This document shows positions 44,124 through 55,249 of a DNA stretch of 64,000 nt, piece after piece (the first letter of the stretch is position 1; every line of letters starts with the position of its first letter). The notes under the pieces are model-generated. The model had not been told where the DNA came from, did no database searches, and saw nothing but the letters and a program-made list of their open reading frames with translations. A program made the translations under genes and the position numbers. Where the stretch lies: NCBI GenBank assembly GCA_964626565.1, contig CAZVFX010000011.1:15922-79921 (forward strand), in the 5' to 3' direction. This DNA comes from an uncultured Myxococcales bacterium (GTDB lineage: Bacteria > Myxococcota_A > UBA9042 > CAIXZC01).

Positions 44124-46147
44124 AAGTCAGAGCTGAATTTCGCCTGAATCTTCTTCACCACCGGTGAATCGAGTTTGTTCTCGGAGTACAGCCACACCCT
44201 GATCTCCAGGAGTTGCCCGTCGAGTCCGGGCAGCCCTTGCAAGTCAAGGGGCATGGTGTCGGGCGGATACGGCCCGAACGGGCCCTGCCATGCCGTCCCT
44301 TCCAGCCCCTGCTTAGACATCGCGGTGCGATACTCCAGTTCGATGGAACTCCCTTCCGGAATCTCCGCGTCGACGTTGATCCCCTCCCACTTCACCCGCC
44401 ACCCTTCCCACCCCCCGATCACCGTGCTGTAGTGCCCCTGCGGCGCGGTGAAGTTGTGCAGGGTGTAGCCGGTCATATCGGAGTAGGTATAGGGCGAGGA
44501 GCCCACCGGATACTCCCCCACCAGGTTCCACGTCTCCGGGTCAATTTTGGTCGCGGAGGAAGAGCTTTGATTGACCGCCCAGACATAGCCTTCGAAATCC
44601 ACGGCCATGCCGACGGGGAAGCGGTTTCCGCCCAACGCTATCTGCCCCAGCACCTGCATGGAGTCGGAATCGACCACTGCCACCGAATTTGTTTCGTGGT
44701 TGCCCACCTCCAGGCGCCCTTCCCCCCTCCCCGCGCGGCCCGGGGGCCGGGCGCCGGGGGCCGCGGCGGCCCACGTCTCGGTCCCCGGGTCGAAACGGTA
44801 CGCCACATGCCAGCAGCAACAGTTGGCGGTCCACACCCTCCCCTTGCTGTCCAAGGTAATGCCGTACGGAGAGAAGGAACCCAGGTCCGGAGTATACTGC
44901 TTCATCTCCCCTGTAACCGGGTCCACCCGCACCAGGGCATTGCCCCCGCGGCCGGCCAACCAGATAATCCCGCTGCCGTCGATAACCAATCCGTACGCGT
45001 TAACCGGTATCCCCATCTCCTGCACCACGTGCCCGTCGTCGGGATGGAGACGCCTGAGCATCTGGCTGTTCCACTCCGCAACCCACGCATGATTGTCTTT
45101 GTCCACCCCGATGGCCCGCTGACAGCTTCCCCCCGGGTTGGTCACAAATTTGACGCACTCGTCTTCGCCGGGGGCGAGCATCTCACCGCCACTGATGTGG
45201 CCGTCGCCGTTGAGGTCCTCAGACGTCTCCACCTCTCCATCTCCATCCTTGTCGGTGCAGAAGTTCTTATCCAACAGGATCTTCGCCACGCCGCCATCGG
45301 CCCGGCACGCCACCCACACATCCCCGTACAGGTCCACAGATGTTCGAGAAGGATTGCCGCAAGTCACGTACCGCCCCAACTCATTGCCGGTGTTGGTATC
45401 CAGCTTAGACACCGTGCCCTCTCCCGAATTGGCAACCCAGATAAAGGCCAGATTCATGTTGCTCGAGTCGAGTACCAGATGACCGTCCAGGTTCAAGCCC
45501 ACACTATCCGAATTCTCCTGGTCGGGAGCAAACTCCTGAATCGTCTCCGGCCCTGCGGCGACCGTGTCACACTGCGAGTCGCAATTGCCGCACGGGGACT
45601 TCACACCTTCGTCGATCTGGCCGTCGCAGTTATTGTCCTTCCCATCGCACTCTTCCGCCGCCGGCTCCACCGCACCCAGGCACGCCTGCCAGTGCCCGTC
45701 GTAGCAGCTCTGCTGCCCCGCCTTGCACTCGCCGACGCCGAGCAATTCGGGGCTGCTCCCCGGGTAACAGTCGATGCTCACGCCTTCATTGAGGCATGCA
45801 CAGCCCGCGTATATTCCGTTGTCGCAGGGCGGGCAGTAGACGTTGAGGTACTTGTTTCCCTCGTCGCAGTCGGGCCCGGCGACGCAACCCTCGCCGAAGC
45901 CGTCCAGGTCGGGATCGTCGCAGTTGGAATCGGGAGGTTCTTCTTCTTCCTCTTCTTCTTCCTCCTCCACCGGGTCAGGGGCAGCCTGCTCCGGCTCCCC
46001 GCCTTCCTCATCCCCCTCACCCCAGCCTGATCCGTTTTTGTCGACAAACCCGGGCCCTTCGCTACCGCCGACCCCTTCTGAAGTCACCGACTGGCAGCCA
46101 GCCAATACAAGAAAAATGATTGTGCACGCGAGAACAAGAGTTTTCAT
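44120..46147 (-). CDS. Lipoprotein with a poly-Glu tract, a CDGKDNNCDGQIDEG motif and a beta-propeller (NHL/YVTN-like) body
   Basis: Start ATG 46145-46147 (MKTLVLACTIIFLVLAGC, RBS GGAGGG); E10 run at 45938-45967. Confidence 0.55.
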   Translation of the reverse strand: MKTLVLACTIIFLVLAGCQSVTSEGVGGSEGPGFVDKNGSGWGEGDEEGGEPEQAAPDPVEEEEEEEEEEPPDSNCDDPDLDGFGEGCVAGPDCDEGNKYLNVYCPPCDNGIYAGCACLNEGVSIDCYPGSSPELLGVGECKAGQQSCYDGHWQACLGAVEPAAEECDGKDNNCDGQIDEGVKSPCGNCDSQCDTVAAGPETIQEFAPDQENSDSVGLNLDGHLVLDSSNMNLAFIWVANSGEGTVSKLDTNTGNELGRYVTCGNPSRTSVDLYGDVWVACRADGGVAKILLDKNFCTDKDGDGEVETSEDLNGDGHISGGEMLAPGEDECVKFVTNPGGSCQRAIGVDKDNHAWVAEWNSQMLRRLHPDDGHVVQEMGIPVNAYGLVIDGSGIIWLAGRGGNALVRVDPVTGEMKQYTPDLGSFSPYGITLDSKGRVWTANCCCWHVAYRFDPGTETWAAAAPGARPPGRAGRGEGRLEVGNHETNSVAVVDSDSMQVLGQIALGGNRFPVGMAVDFEGYVWAVNQSSSSATKIDPETWNLVGEYPVGSSPYTYSDMTGYTLHNFTAPQGHYSTVIGGWEGWRVKWEGINVDAEIPEGSSIELEYRTAMSKQGLEGTAWQGPFGPYPPDTMPLDLQGLPGLDGQLLEIRVWLYSENKLDSPVVKKIQAKFSSDF

Positions 46148-46170
46148 GGCATCCCTCCCTTCCACCCTTT

Positions 46171-46212
46171 ATTCTACCGGCCGATAGGTAGGATGCAAGC
46201 ATAAATCGACCC
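46171..46212 (-). promoter_or_regulatory. Minus-strand promoter CTTGCA-N17-TAGAAT preceded by GGGTCGATTTA for the 44120..46147 gene
   Basis: Plus-strand ATTCTA 46171-46176, TGCAAG 46194-46199, AAATCGACCC 46203-46212. Confidence 0.45.
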
Positions 46213-46470
46213 GTTGGCCGATTTAATGCATTTTGTCGACGCTGACTCGGTCAACCCCGCTCCCACACCCCGAGGTCAGAAGCACTAGTCCGCACAACAT
46301 CGTTCTGAAGCTCGTGCTCGCCATGGCAGAACCTCCTCGCAAGCAAGGTCGAGTACACTCCTACCATAGTTCCAGGCCGTAATCCGCCGGTCGGTTGGTT
46401 GCTTTTTGTTTTCTGTTCCCACCCCACTTTCAGTATCATGGATCCCGTAGGAACCAAAACGAGGGTTTCG

Positions 46471-48297
46471 ATGCGCCCGGGGACCGCCGCCATGGCGACA
46501 ATTTGCAGTTTCGTGGTTCTGCTCGGATGCGGAGGTGCGAGGACCCTTGTGCCGAACGAAGTCGGAAGCGACTCGGGGGACATCCCCGGTCACGATCAGC
46601 TTGCATCCGACTCGACGGTCCCTGCCCCCGACGCAACCGAGACCGGCGCATCCACAGATGCACCGGATTCTGTGAGTGATCTGCAAGATGTGTGCGTCCC
46701 TTCGTGCCAGAATGTGGAGTGTGGGCCCGATGGCTGCGGGGGCGACTGTGGCGACTGCGAGGATGACCTGGAGTGCACCGCCAACGGCTGCGTCGACGGC
46801 TCGTGCGAATACACTCTGGTCCCGGGCCTGTGCTTGGCAGGCGTGCAATGTTGGGAGGACGGGGAGAAGCACCCGGAAAATTCCTGCCTTGTTTGCGAGC
46901 CCTTCGTAACGAATATGGGATGGAGCGTGCTGGACAACGTCCCCTGTGGCGACGGGGGCATCTGCTTTGAAGGCGAGTGCTGTGCAAAAGCGTCCAACTG
47001 CGAGGGCAAGCAATGCGGCGCTGACGACTGCGGTGGGAGCTGTGGCGAATGCCTTGAAGACGAAGTGTGCCACGAAGGAATATGCTGCACTCCCGGCTGC
47101 TGCGGCCAGCATTGGGAGGTAGACGCATGTGGGGACAGTTGCGGTGAATGCCCGGACTGGTCCGAAGGCCTGCCGGACGGACTTTGCCTCGACTCTTGCA
47201 CCGGCGTGTGCGACGACAAAGAGTGTGGGCGGGACGGCTGCGGCGGAGTGTGCGGCATGTGCAGCGATGGTGATGAGTGTACCGACGATGGTTTGTGCGT
47301 CGACCAGTGCAAGATTGACTGCTCGGGCGCCCAATGCGGGCTCAACGGTTGCGGCAAAGCTTGCGGCGCCTGCGATCCTGACTCACCCGAGTCCATCTGT
47401 ATTGATGGAGTGTGTACGGCCGGCTACCCCGACGACTGCGTGCCCGACTGCGACATGAAGGAATGTGGAGCCGACGGTTGCGGAGCCGACTGCGGCCAAT
47501 GTGAAACAGAGGGTCTGTGTACCCTGGCCGGCCGATGCGGAGGACTGTGCTCCGACTGCTCGCTTCACCAGTGGTGCTCCGAACTTGCATTCTGCGAGGG
47601 GAACCTGGCGCAATGGGCGACCACGGGCACCACGTTGGTACTTCCTCATCTGGGTCCCACCCTGGCTCCTACGGGCGGTCACATGCTCTTCCTGAGCACC
47701 GGCTGCCCCATTCCGGGCGTCACCTACGACAGTGTCCCCGGACTGTATGTTTGCGAAACGGAGAAGAGCTCCACCGCGGATTTTCAGACCTGCCTGCCGG
47801 TGGGGACTCACACCATGACCATCGTGTGGCGCATGTATTCGGAGGAGTTCAAGGCGTACTGCGGCTCCTCCTTTCAGGACTCCTTGCTGGCCGAACTCCG
47901 GGACGCCGGAGGCACCGCCACGACTCTGCTGGAGAGATCCATTGACGACTTGTGCCCCAGCGAAGAATGCGCAGTGTGCGGGGACCACTACGAAGGGCTG
48001 GAGCAGTCCGAGCTCTTCCTTGACCAGGGCGGCACGTGGAATACCCCGTGGATCACCACGGTCGTGCCCCTCGAAATTGCGGAGCAAGAGCACCTGACAC
48101 TCCACCTGGAGGTCAACGACGGAGTGGACTCGATCTACGACACCGTGTTCCTCATCGACCGGATATCTTTCACCGACTACGTCCCATGCACGCCCTCGTG
48201 CGCAGGCAAGGAGTGCGGTTCCGACGGCTGCTTCGGGACGTGCGGCCTGTGCCCGGAAGGGCAATGGTGCGAAGACTTCGAGTGCCTGGAAATCTAG
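46471..48297 (+). CDS. Lipoprotein with six Cys-rich modules C..ECG.DGCGG.CG.C and a C-terminal choice-of-anchor-like domain
   Basis: Start ATG 46471 (MRPGTAAMATICSFVVLLGCGG, RBS GAGGG); repeats CQNVECGPDGCGGDCGDC, CEGKQCGADDCGGSCGEC, etc. Confidence 0.55.
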   Translation: MRPGTAAMATICSFVVLLGCGGARTLVPNEVGSDSGDIPGHDQLASDSTVPAPDATETGASTDAPDSVSDLQDVCVPSCQNVECGPDGCGGDCGDCEDDLECTANGCVDGSCEYTLVPGLCLAGVQCWEDGEKHPENSCLVCEPFVTNMGWSVLDNVPCGDGGICFEGECCAKASNCEGKQCGADDCGGSCGECLEDEVCHEGICCTPGCCGQHWEVDACGDSCGECPDWSEGLPDGLCLDSCTGVCDDKECGRDGCGGVCGMCSDGDECTDDGLCVDQCKIDCSGAQCGLNGCGKACGACDPDSPESICIDGVCTAGYPDDCVPDCDMKECGADGCGADCGQCETEGLCTLAGRCGGLCSDCSLHQWCSELAFCEGNLAQWATTGTTLVLPHLGPTLAPTGGHMLFLSTGCPIPGVTYDSVPGLYVCETEKSSTADFQTCLPVGTHTMTIVWRMYSEEFKAYCGSSFQDSLLAELRDAGGTATTLLERSIDDLCPSEECAVCGDHYEGLEQSELFLDQGGTWNTPWITTVVPLEIAEQEHLTLHLEVNDGVDSIYDTVFLIDRISFTDYVPCTPSCAGKECGSDGCFGTCGLCPEGQWCEDFECLEI

Positions 48298-48301
48298 CTT
48301 C

Positions 48302-49993
48302 CTACTCGCCCCACCGAGAAGGGTCGAGGACTATGTCGCAGTCGAGGAGTAGAGCGCCCTTGGGATTGCGGAACGGTGACCAGCAGTACTCGAGAGCAAA
48401 GGTCATTTCGGGCAGACGGACGTGATCGTGGGGATCGCTGTCCGGGTCCTCTGGCTCGGAAGGGCCGGATCGCGGGGGTTTGTAGTTGAACTCGCCATCG
48501 GGAACCGACTCGTCCCACGGGTCCCAGTAGGCGAAGCCCTGGTAGTGCTCGGCTGAGTCGCCGTACTGCTCGGCGACGAGCCGCGCCTCAGCGGAGGTGA
48601 GGGGAAAACCGGTGGCGGCTGAAGCGATTAGGAAACCGGCCAGGTCCGCGTGCCATTCCTTGTGTTCTACAGGGCCCTTCTGGTCGGCCGCGTACCGGTC
48701 CGCCCGTTCGATGAGGCCGATGAGGAGGGTTCTCGCCATATCGTGCTCACCGGCCGTCAGCGCATTCGAAACAGCGGCAATATGGAAATACCGTATTATC
48801 GCGTGGTTAAAATAGTGACCCTCGGTAGCAACGTCCTCGTAAAAATTGTGGTCTGCCAGCCCGCAGTCGTTGTCCTTGGTTTCGCCGTAACCGATGAACG
48901 CGGAGCCCAATTTGGCGGTGCACTCGGCACCCGGTATGGCATCTTCGTACAACACGAAGCTGGCCAGGTCGTTGACCGTGCCGTTTTCGTTCAAGGGCAC
49001 AAACGCGTTGCCGTCCTCGTCCTTGGTTCGGATCTGGTATCCGTTGTCAACGATGTCCTTGGCAAACCCTTCCATGTATTCCACGGCCAGCGCGGCGGCC
49101 TCCCTCACGCTCTCGTCCGCACCCTCCACCGCCACCCGGCGCAGCAGGGGCACAGACCGGTACATGTGGGGGACGTCGTCTTTCGACCGCATGGTGCGCA
49201 CCCAGATCTCTCCCCAATAGGGATTCTCGACATTGGGGATGGTGTGCGCGTTCCAATCGTACTTGTGCTTCTTGACCGGACCGTACTCCAACTTCACCTT
49301 TCGCCCACCCTCCATGGTGTACTCGTGATCGAGCGCGAAAACGGCTCGGGCCTGAAGATACTTGACCGGGTCGTCTTCACCCCACTCCAGGGCGAGAGAA
49401 AGGGCAACGAGCCCCTTGCTGTACTGCTCCACCAGCCGCCCGAATTTCATGTCGCCGGAAGCCAGATACGCAGCTATGGCATTATTGAGTATCTTGGTGG
49501 TTCTCAAGGTCAAGTTGTCCGCACCGCCATGGTGGACAAACCGCAGGGTGTCCCCCTCCTTGACGCTCCCCGTATCCTGCCAGAAAAGCTTGTAGTCCGG
49601 CATGCCGGGGTCGTAGGACGCGTCCATACCATGACACGTCCACCACAGCCAGTCGAAGAAGCCCGACTCCTTGTAAAACGTAGTGATCTTCTTCGTAAAC
49701 TCGGCGATCTCTTCCTCGGTCAACGGCTCTCCAACGTCAGTGCGGTTCAAAACGAACGGAAGCGCCTGGAGGAACTGGGATTGCACTTCCGGCGCCACGT
49801 CTGTCCCTTCCTCCACTTCCACAACCACCTCCTCGGGCTCGGGCAACTCCTTCCCAACGTCCACCGCGCCATCCGCCCGGGCATCCGGCGAAGCGATCGC
49901 ATCCTTCCCTCCGCCTCCCCCTGAATCGCCGCACCCTGCCAACGCCACCAGCCCACTGAGCACCCCCAGAAACATAGTCCGCAAGACTGTCAT
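48302..49993 (-). CDS. Hypothetical lipoprotein (563 aa), translationally coupled to the upstream GH13 gene
   Basis: LVALAGCGDSG lipobox; ATGA overlap at 49990-49993. Confidence 0.45.
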   Translation of the reverse strand: MTVLRTMFLGVLSGLVALAGCGDSGGGGGKDAIASPDARADGAVDVGKELPEPEEVVVEVEEGTDVAPEVQSQFLQALPFVLNRTDVGEPLTEEEIAEFTKKITTFYKESGFFDWLWWTCHGMDASYDPGMPDYKLFWQDTGSVKEGDTLRFVHHGGADNLTLRTTKILNNAIAAYLASGDMKFGRLVEQYSKGLVALSLALEWGEDDPVKYLQARAVFALDHEYTMEGGRKVKLEYGPVKKHKYDWNAHTIPNVENPYWGEIWVRTMRSKDDVPHMYRSVPLLRRVAVEGADESVREAAALAVEYMEGFAKDIVDNGYQIRTKDEDGNAFVPLNENGTVNDLASFVLYEDAIPGAECTAKLGSAFIGYGETKDNDCGLADHNFYEDVATEGHYFNHAIIRYFHIAAVSNALTAGEHDMARTLLIGLIERADRYAADQKGPVEHKEWHADLAGFLIASAATGFPLTSAEARLVAEQYGDSAEHYQGFAYWDPWDESVPDGEFNYKPPRSGPSEPEDPDSDPHDHVRLPEMTFALEYCWSPFRNPKGALLLDCDIVLDPSRWGE

Positions 49994-52610
49994 TCCTCGT
50001 CCCCCTCTTTCTCTTCCAGCTGTGCTGCATCCACGGTTGTTTCTTCCCTCGCAACGTTTTTACTCTTTGCTGTTGAGCATGCCTTGCTCATCTTTTCCTT
50101 GAGGTTATGACTCGTGGTCTCTGCCAGCTCAGGTTGTGCCGGCTCAGGTTGTGCCGGCTCCTCCCGGAAATCCAGGAAAACCTGATACTCGTACGCATGC
50201 AGTTTTACCGATAACCCCTCTTCCGCAAGCTTGTCGGCCTGCAGAGTGAGTTCCCGCCCCGTACGGTGCTCCCGGAAACGGATGACTCGGCCGGGGTCTG
50301 CGGTAAGACCCAGCGCCTCCGTGATCCCTTTCACCACGCCCTCGGTTTCCCGGTAGGCATTGTGGTAGAGCACCAGCGCCCGTTCGTCGCCGATGCGGTT
50401 GGAGTAGGCAAAGACGTTTTCGTCGTACCCGTTGGCTGTCTCAAAATTGTAGAGGACGAAGTTGCCGGCGCCGCTGAAAAGCTGCCGCCGTTGCATAAGG
50501 GGAAAGATCTCGGCCTCATGGCGGCGCACCAGCTCCTCGTCCGGCTGCTCGTCGTAATACGCTCTCCGGTACTCCATGCCGTACTTTTCGGTATATCCTT
50601 CCACCTGGCCATGGCCGAACATAGGCAACCCGGGAAGGGTGACCAGCAAGATCGCAACGCCGACGTACTTGTCCCCTTTGCCGAACTGCTCCACCGCAGT
50701 TCGTTCGTCGGGATTGTTCATGAAATTCACGAACCGTTTCAGAACTTCCGGGCTGAACTCCAGCACGTTGCTCAACGTCTCCCGGAATTTCCCGTTCTCC
50801 TCCATCTTCAGCATGTTCATGAACGCCGAATTGTAGACGCGGTGCATTCCCAACGTCCTCACGAAATACCCTTCCATGAGCCAGAAGGCCTCGGCAAGCA
50901 GCAACGTATCCGGAGCCTCCTCGGCAACCCGGTCAACCACCTCCCTCCAGAACTCCACGGGGAAGTGCGCGTTAAACTCCTGCTTCGACATGCCGTGCTC
51001 CACCCGGGAAGGCACCGCTCCGGCGTCTCCCGGCGCCGGGTACCACAGCCGCTGAAAGTGCTTTTTGGCCAGGGTCATGGCCGCGTCGAAGCGTATGATT
51101 GAGAATCTACGGGCCACATGTAGCACCGCCTGAATCACGGCTTCTCTCACGTCCGACTTCAGGAAGTCGAGCTGTGCCGTATCGTTCCAGGGCATGCTGG
51201 TACCGTCGTTGCCGTGATAGATGTAGCTGGTCTCCCCGGTCGCAGCATCTACCCGCCTAAAAACTACGGCTGCGTCGCTGTGGTCCCAGTATCCGTCTTC
51301 CAGGTGAAGCCGCACCCGGGGGTCTTCGCAAATATTTTCACTCGAAAAACCGTACCCGGGGTATGGAGGTTCGGGGGTTTGCACGAACAGTTCGGGCCGC
51401 TCCACCACCCAGTTGGAATCGATCCCCATGTGGTTGGGGACCATATCCCCGGCCATTCGGATCCCCCTTTGGCCGGCTCTCTCTCTTAGGTTGTTGAAAG
51501 CCTCTTCTCCCCCCAGATCCTCGTTTATCACGTAGTCATCAAGCGAGTATGCGGAGGCCTCCGCTTCCGGATTGCCCATCCTTTGTTTAATCGTACGCGA
51601 CGCGGGAGACCGCCGCCACAAGCCGATGAGCCACAATCCGGTGAACCCCCAGCGGGCGAGCTTGTCCAACTCCTCATCGGGCACCTGGTCCAGGCGATAG
51701 ATGTGTCGCCCGTACTGTTTCGAAAGCTGGTCGAGCCAGACGTAAGTCGACTTGGCCATGAGCACCACGTTGGACATCCAGTCCGCGTCGGGGCTGAATT
51801 TTTCACCCTCTTCGAGTACTGCGCTGCTCTCGAACTCGAGCACCTGCGGCGGGCCCGGCCCCCCTACCCTCGCCGTCTGCTCCTCGTTCACAACATCGGC
51901 CGCCAGCACGAGGCCTCCGAGTAACTCTGGCGGCAAAAAGGAACTCCACTCTCGCCGAATATGGGCAAGCTGACCTTCCAGCGAATCCGGGCTGGCATCC
52001 AACGGGGCGCGCAAGACTCGAAACAACGTCTCACCCGTCGGCTCGAAGGACGGCTGTTGGTCCAGATAAGCCTCCAACTCACGCACCAGGCCGGGATAGT
52101 CTGCCTTCAACTTCCGAGTCCCGTCGCCGATGAGGTCCCCGAATTGCCGCACCGCAGGATTCATGGATTCCAGAAGCATCAGCGAAAGCTCTCTGGTATT
52201 GATGGCACGGTCTTGCTGCCCGCCGAACTGAGTCAGGTATGCGCTTAGCGCTTCATCAACCACAGACTCACCGAGGGTGCTCTCAAGGCTGGTGACCGCC
52301 CGCTCGACAACCCCGGGATTCTGTTCGTCACAATAGGCGATCCAGACACAGCGCATCGCTTCAACAATCCGGTCCAGGGCCATGAGCCCCCCCGCACTCA
52401 CGGAAGCGGTCTCGCCTTCGCCTGTTTCAGCTCGCACATTGTTGACCCTGTCGGCCAACTCCCTGAACTGTCTGACCCCGGGTCTCTCATCGCGGCCGAG
52501 CAACTCCTCGAATCGGTACTTGGCCCAGCTCTCCCGATTGACGTGAAATCCCGGGCCCGAACGCGCCTGCGCCCCCCCCGGCTCCTCATGTCCGTTATTC
52601 CTTTGTTTCA
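49990..52610 (-). CDS. Glycoside hydrolase family 13 (alpha-amylase superfamily) alpha-glucan-active enzyme with a long N-terminal region
   Basis: GFTGLWLIGLW; region I DMVPNH; region II IRFDAAMTLAKKH; region III LLAEAFW; region IV-like FVNFMNNPDE. The start is set at ATG 52608-52610 (MKQRNNG), because the track ORF to 53025 overlaps the next gene. Confidence 0.6.
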
Positions 52611-52759
52611 TCCCGCTTCCCCCGGCAGGCGCAGTCTTACACGCAATCCTGCTCGTTTGCAACCTAAGAAAGGCCTCTTGAAACGCGCTGAGAACGGAGT
52701 ATACTGCTGGCGATTTTGGAACTTGACTGAAAGTGGATATAGAACACAGGAGGCCCATC

Positions 52760-54214
52760 ATGTTCAACAAACTGCTTGTTATTGCCGCCTCATTGGCCCT
52801 CGCCGCCAGCCTCGCCTGCACCAGCCGGGTCGACAGCGACGACGACCCCGGTGGTGACCCCGATGTAGTTGGTGAAGACACTACCGTTACGCCCGACAAG
52901 GACGTCACGCCAGGCACCGACGCCCCGGGCAAAACCGACACGCCGACGCCGGCCGGTAGCGGAATCAAGGCCCTGCAACAGAAAGACGAAGGTTTGAACT
53001 GCCCCGAGGGCAGCGACTTCATCAACCTTGATCAAGGGGTGCCGCTTTCAGGCGTCATCGTGACCGCGCCGGTGCACAGCGTGTCCGACAAACTGGAAGG
53101 TTTCTACGCACAGGACTCAGGCGGTGGAGCGTACTCCGGCATCAAAGTGGTAATGGACAAAGGCACCGCTCCCCAGGTGGCGGTTGGCGACGTTGTGGAC
53201 ATCACCGGTGACCTGAAAGAGTACTACTGCCTGACCGAGTTCGATGCAATCAACGTGACTGCATCCGGGACCCAGCAGGACCCCACCTCCGTAACCGTTG
53301 CCGAAGATGCCATTGCCGCGAAGAGCGCTGCTACCGAGCAGTACGAAGGCGTGCTGGTAACGGTTGAAAATGCAACCGTCGGCTCGGTCAACAATTTCGG
53401 CGGTTTCGAAACCCAGGCCGGCGTAATCGTCGACGATGCCATCTTCGGCGACCTGGAACCGGCCGGCGACGGGTGCGTGTACACTTCGATAACCGGCGTC
53501 ATCGACTTTGGATACGGCGACTATGTTCTGCTCCCGAGAACCGCTGCTGACCTGGTCTTGAGTGGCGGTGACTGCGGACCGGTGGAACCCGACACCACCA
53601 CCATCGAGGCGATCCAGACCGCCAATGAGTCGGTAACTTGCCCGACCCCCGGTGGCGAGAACATCACCAATGTTGAAGACGTAGCCCTTGCCGACGTTGT
53701 GGTGGCTTCGCCCCGCTTCGTTGTTTCCAGCGACAAGCTGCACGGCTTCTTCGGTTACGAAGGTGACGGCGAAGCCAATCAGGGTGTGCTCTTCCTCACG
53801 GACTTCGATAAGGACGTCAACCTGAGCGTTGGCGATATCATTTATGCTGAAGGAAGTTGGACTGAGTTCTATTGCCTTACCGAGATCAAGGTAACGGAGT
53901 ACTCTGTCACCGATCAGGCGGAAGACCAGCCCCCGGTTAACGACATCAGCGTGAGCGATCTGTTGGGCAACGATGCGGAGAAATGGGAAGGTTCGTTAGT
54001 GCGGCTGACCGGCACCTTCAAGGTAACCGAGATCGATGAACATGGCGACATCCTGCTCGACGACGCCGGCGACGAGTTCAAGATGCTCGCCGACTTTGGC
54101 TTCGGCCTGAATCCCCCCGTTGACACGACCTATACCGAAATCGTCGGGTTCGTGACCTACGACTACGGCGAGTACAAGATACTCCCCGCCTCAGCAGACA
54201 ACCTCAAAGAATAG
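52760..54214 (+). CDS. Lipoprotein with two tandem ~170-aa repeats (OB-fold-like)
   Basis: ATG 52760 (MFNKLLVIAASLALAASLACTS, RBS AGGAGG); an internal duplication ...EYYCLTEF... / ...EFYCLTEI.... Confidence 0.5.
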   Translation: MFNKLLVIAASLALAASLACTSRVDSDDDPGGDPDVVGEDTTVTPDKDVTPGTDAPGKTDTPTPAGSGIKALQQKDEGLNCPEGSDFINLDQGVPLSGVIVTAPVHSVSDKLEGFYAQDSGGGAYSGIKVVMDKGTAPQVAVGDVVDITGDLKEYYCLTEFDAINVTASGTQQDPTSVTVAEDAIAAKSAATEQYEGVLVTVENATVGSVNNFGGFETQAGVIVDDAIFGDLEPAGDGCVYTSITGVIDFGYGDYVLLPRTAADLVLSGGDCGPVEPDTTTIEAIQTANESVTCPTPGGENITNVEDVALADVVVASPRFVVSSDKLHGFFGYEGDGEANQGVLFLTDFDKDVNLSVGDIIYAEGSWTEFYCLTEIKVTEYSVTDQAEDQPPVNDISVSDLLGNDAEKWEGSLVRLTGTFKVTEIDEHGDILLDDAGDEFKMLADFGFGLNPPVDTTYTEIVGFVTYDYGEYKILPASADNLKE

Positions 54215-54247
54215 CAGGCTTGCGCCCCGACCCGGCGCCGCGGTACC

Positions 54248-55249
54248 ATGTTCTCAGGTAGCGTGTCGCTGGGAGTGAGTAGTGTGAGAAGCTGTTTCAA
54301 GAAGATGTTGCTACTGGCCTTAAGCCTGGCCATCCCGGCCCAGGCCGTAGAAAAGCCATCCTCCATTCCCTTCATCGCACCTGAGTCCTTCATGCACATT
54401 CCGTGGGGTGACGGGCCCGGCGAGGTGGGCAAGAGAGAGGCCAGGGAGTCTTCTCCCGAAGGGCCCATGAGCTTCGCTTTTTCGTCGTTCGGCGAGCTGT
54501 ACATCCTCGACCAGGTCAACTCCCGAATCCTGGTGTTCGGTCCCGACGGCAGCTTCTCTCACGACATCCCCCTCCCCGGGTCGACTTTTCAGGACCTGGA
54601 GTTCTTCGACGACAACAGCCTCCTCGTCCTGGATCGACTTGTCCGGCGCACGCTGCTGGTTATCAATCTGGTCTCCGGTGACACCGAAGAGTTCAGCATT
54701 ATGGGGGAAGGAGTGCCGGAGGGAGGGGGCGTCACCGCGATTCTGGCCAGGCCGGACGGTGTCTGGCTGGAATATGCACATCTCCATTCGGTACGCGTGT
54801 TGGGACCATCGTTGCAGCCGTGCCCACGACAGATGGTGCCCTTCCGCCCCGCCAGATTCGGGCCCGAAGTGATCGCGGCCGACCTGGATGGCGAAGGGGG
54901 AGCAACCGTAAGAGCTGGAATGGCGGGCGGAAGGGCCACCATGGACCACGTCGTGACCGACTCGCTGCCGGTTGGCCGGATCATCTGGTTGGAGGATGAC
55001 CCCGAGGGCCGAATTTGGATAATCTATCACCTGGTAAAATTCGACGAAAAGGGATTCGACGTCGCGGAAGAGTCGGTGGCAGGGAGACTTCTGCAACGGG
55101 ATGGGACCCCGGCTGCGATGATTCGTTCCCCCTACACCATCAACGACCTGGAGATCTTTCGGGAGTTCAGGGTTGTTGATGATGGTTCCATTGTACAAAT
55201 GGTACTGGAAGGAGACGGGGTCAGCTTCTACCGGTGGGAAGTGCGATGA
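54248..55249 (+). CDS. Secreted hypothetical protein
   Basis: Signal ...KKMLLLALSLAIPAQA; ATGA-coupled to the next gene. Confidence 0.45.
   Translation: MFSGSVSLGVSSVRSCFKKMLLLALSLAIPAQAVEKPSSIPFIAPESFMHIPWGDGPGEVGKREARESSPEGPMSFAFSSFGELYILDQVNSRILVFGPDGSFSHDIPLPGSTFQDLEFFDDNSLLVLDRLVRRTLLVINLVSGDTEEFSIMGEGVPEGGGVTAILARPDGVWLEYAHLHSVRVLGPSLQPCPRQMVPFRPARFGPEVIAADLDGEGGATVRAGMAGGRATMDHVVTDSLPVGRIIWLEDDPEGRIWIIYHLVKFDEKGFDVAEESVAGRLLQRDGTPAAMIRSPYTINDLEIFREFRVVDDGSIVQMVLEGDGVSFYRWEVR

Noticed and set aside
52611-53025. N-terminal extension of the GH13 ORF to 53025
   Set aside because: It would overlap the plus-strand lipoprotein gene starting at 52760 and its promoter. ATG at 52608-52610 is the first start after the intergenic region.
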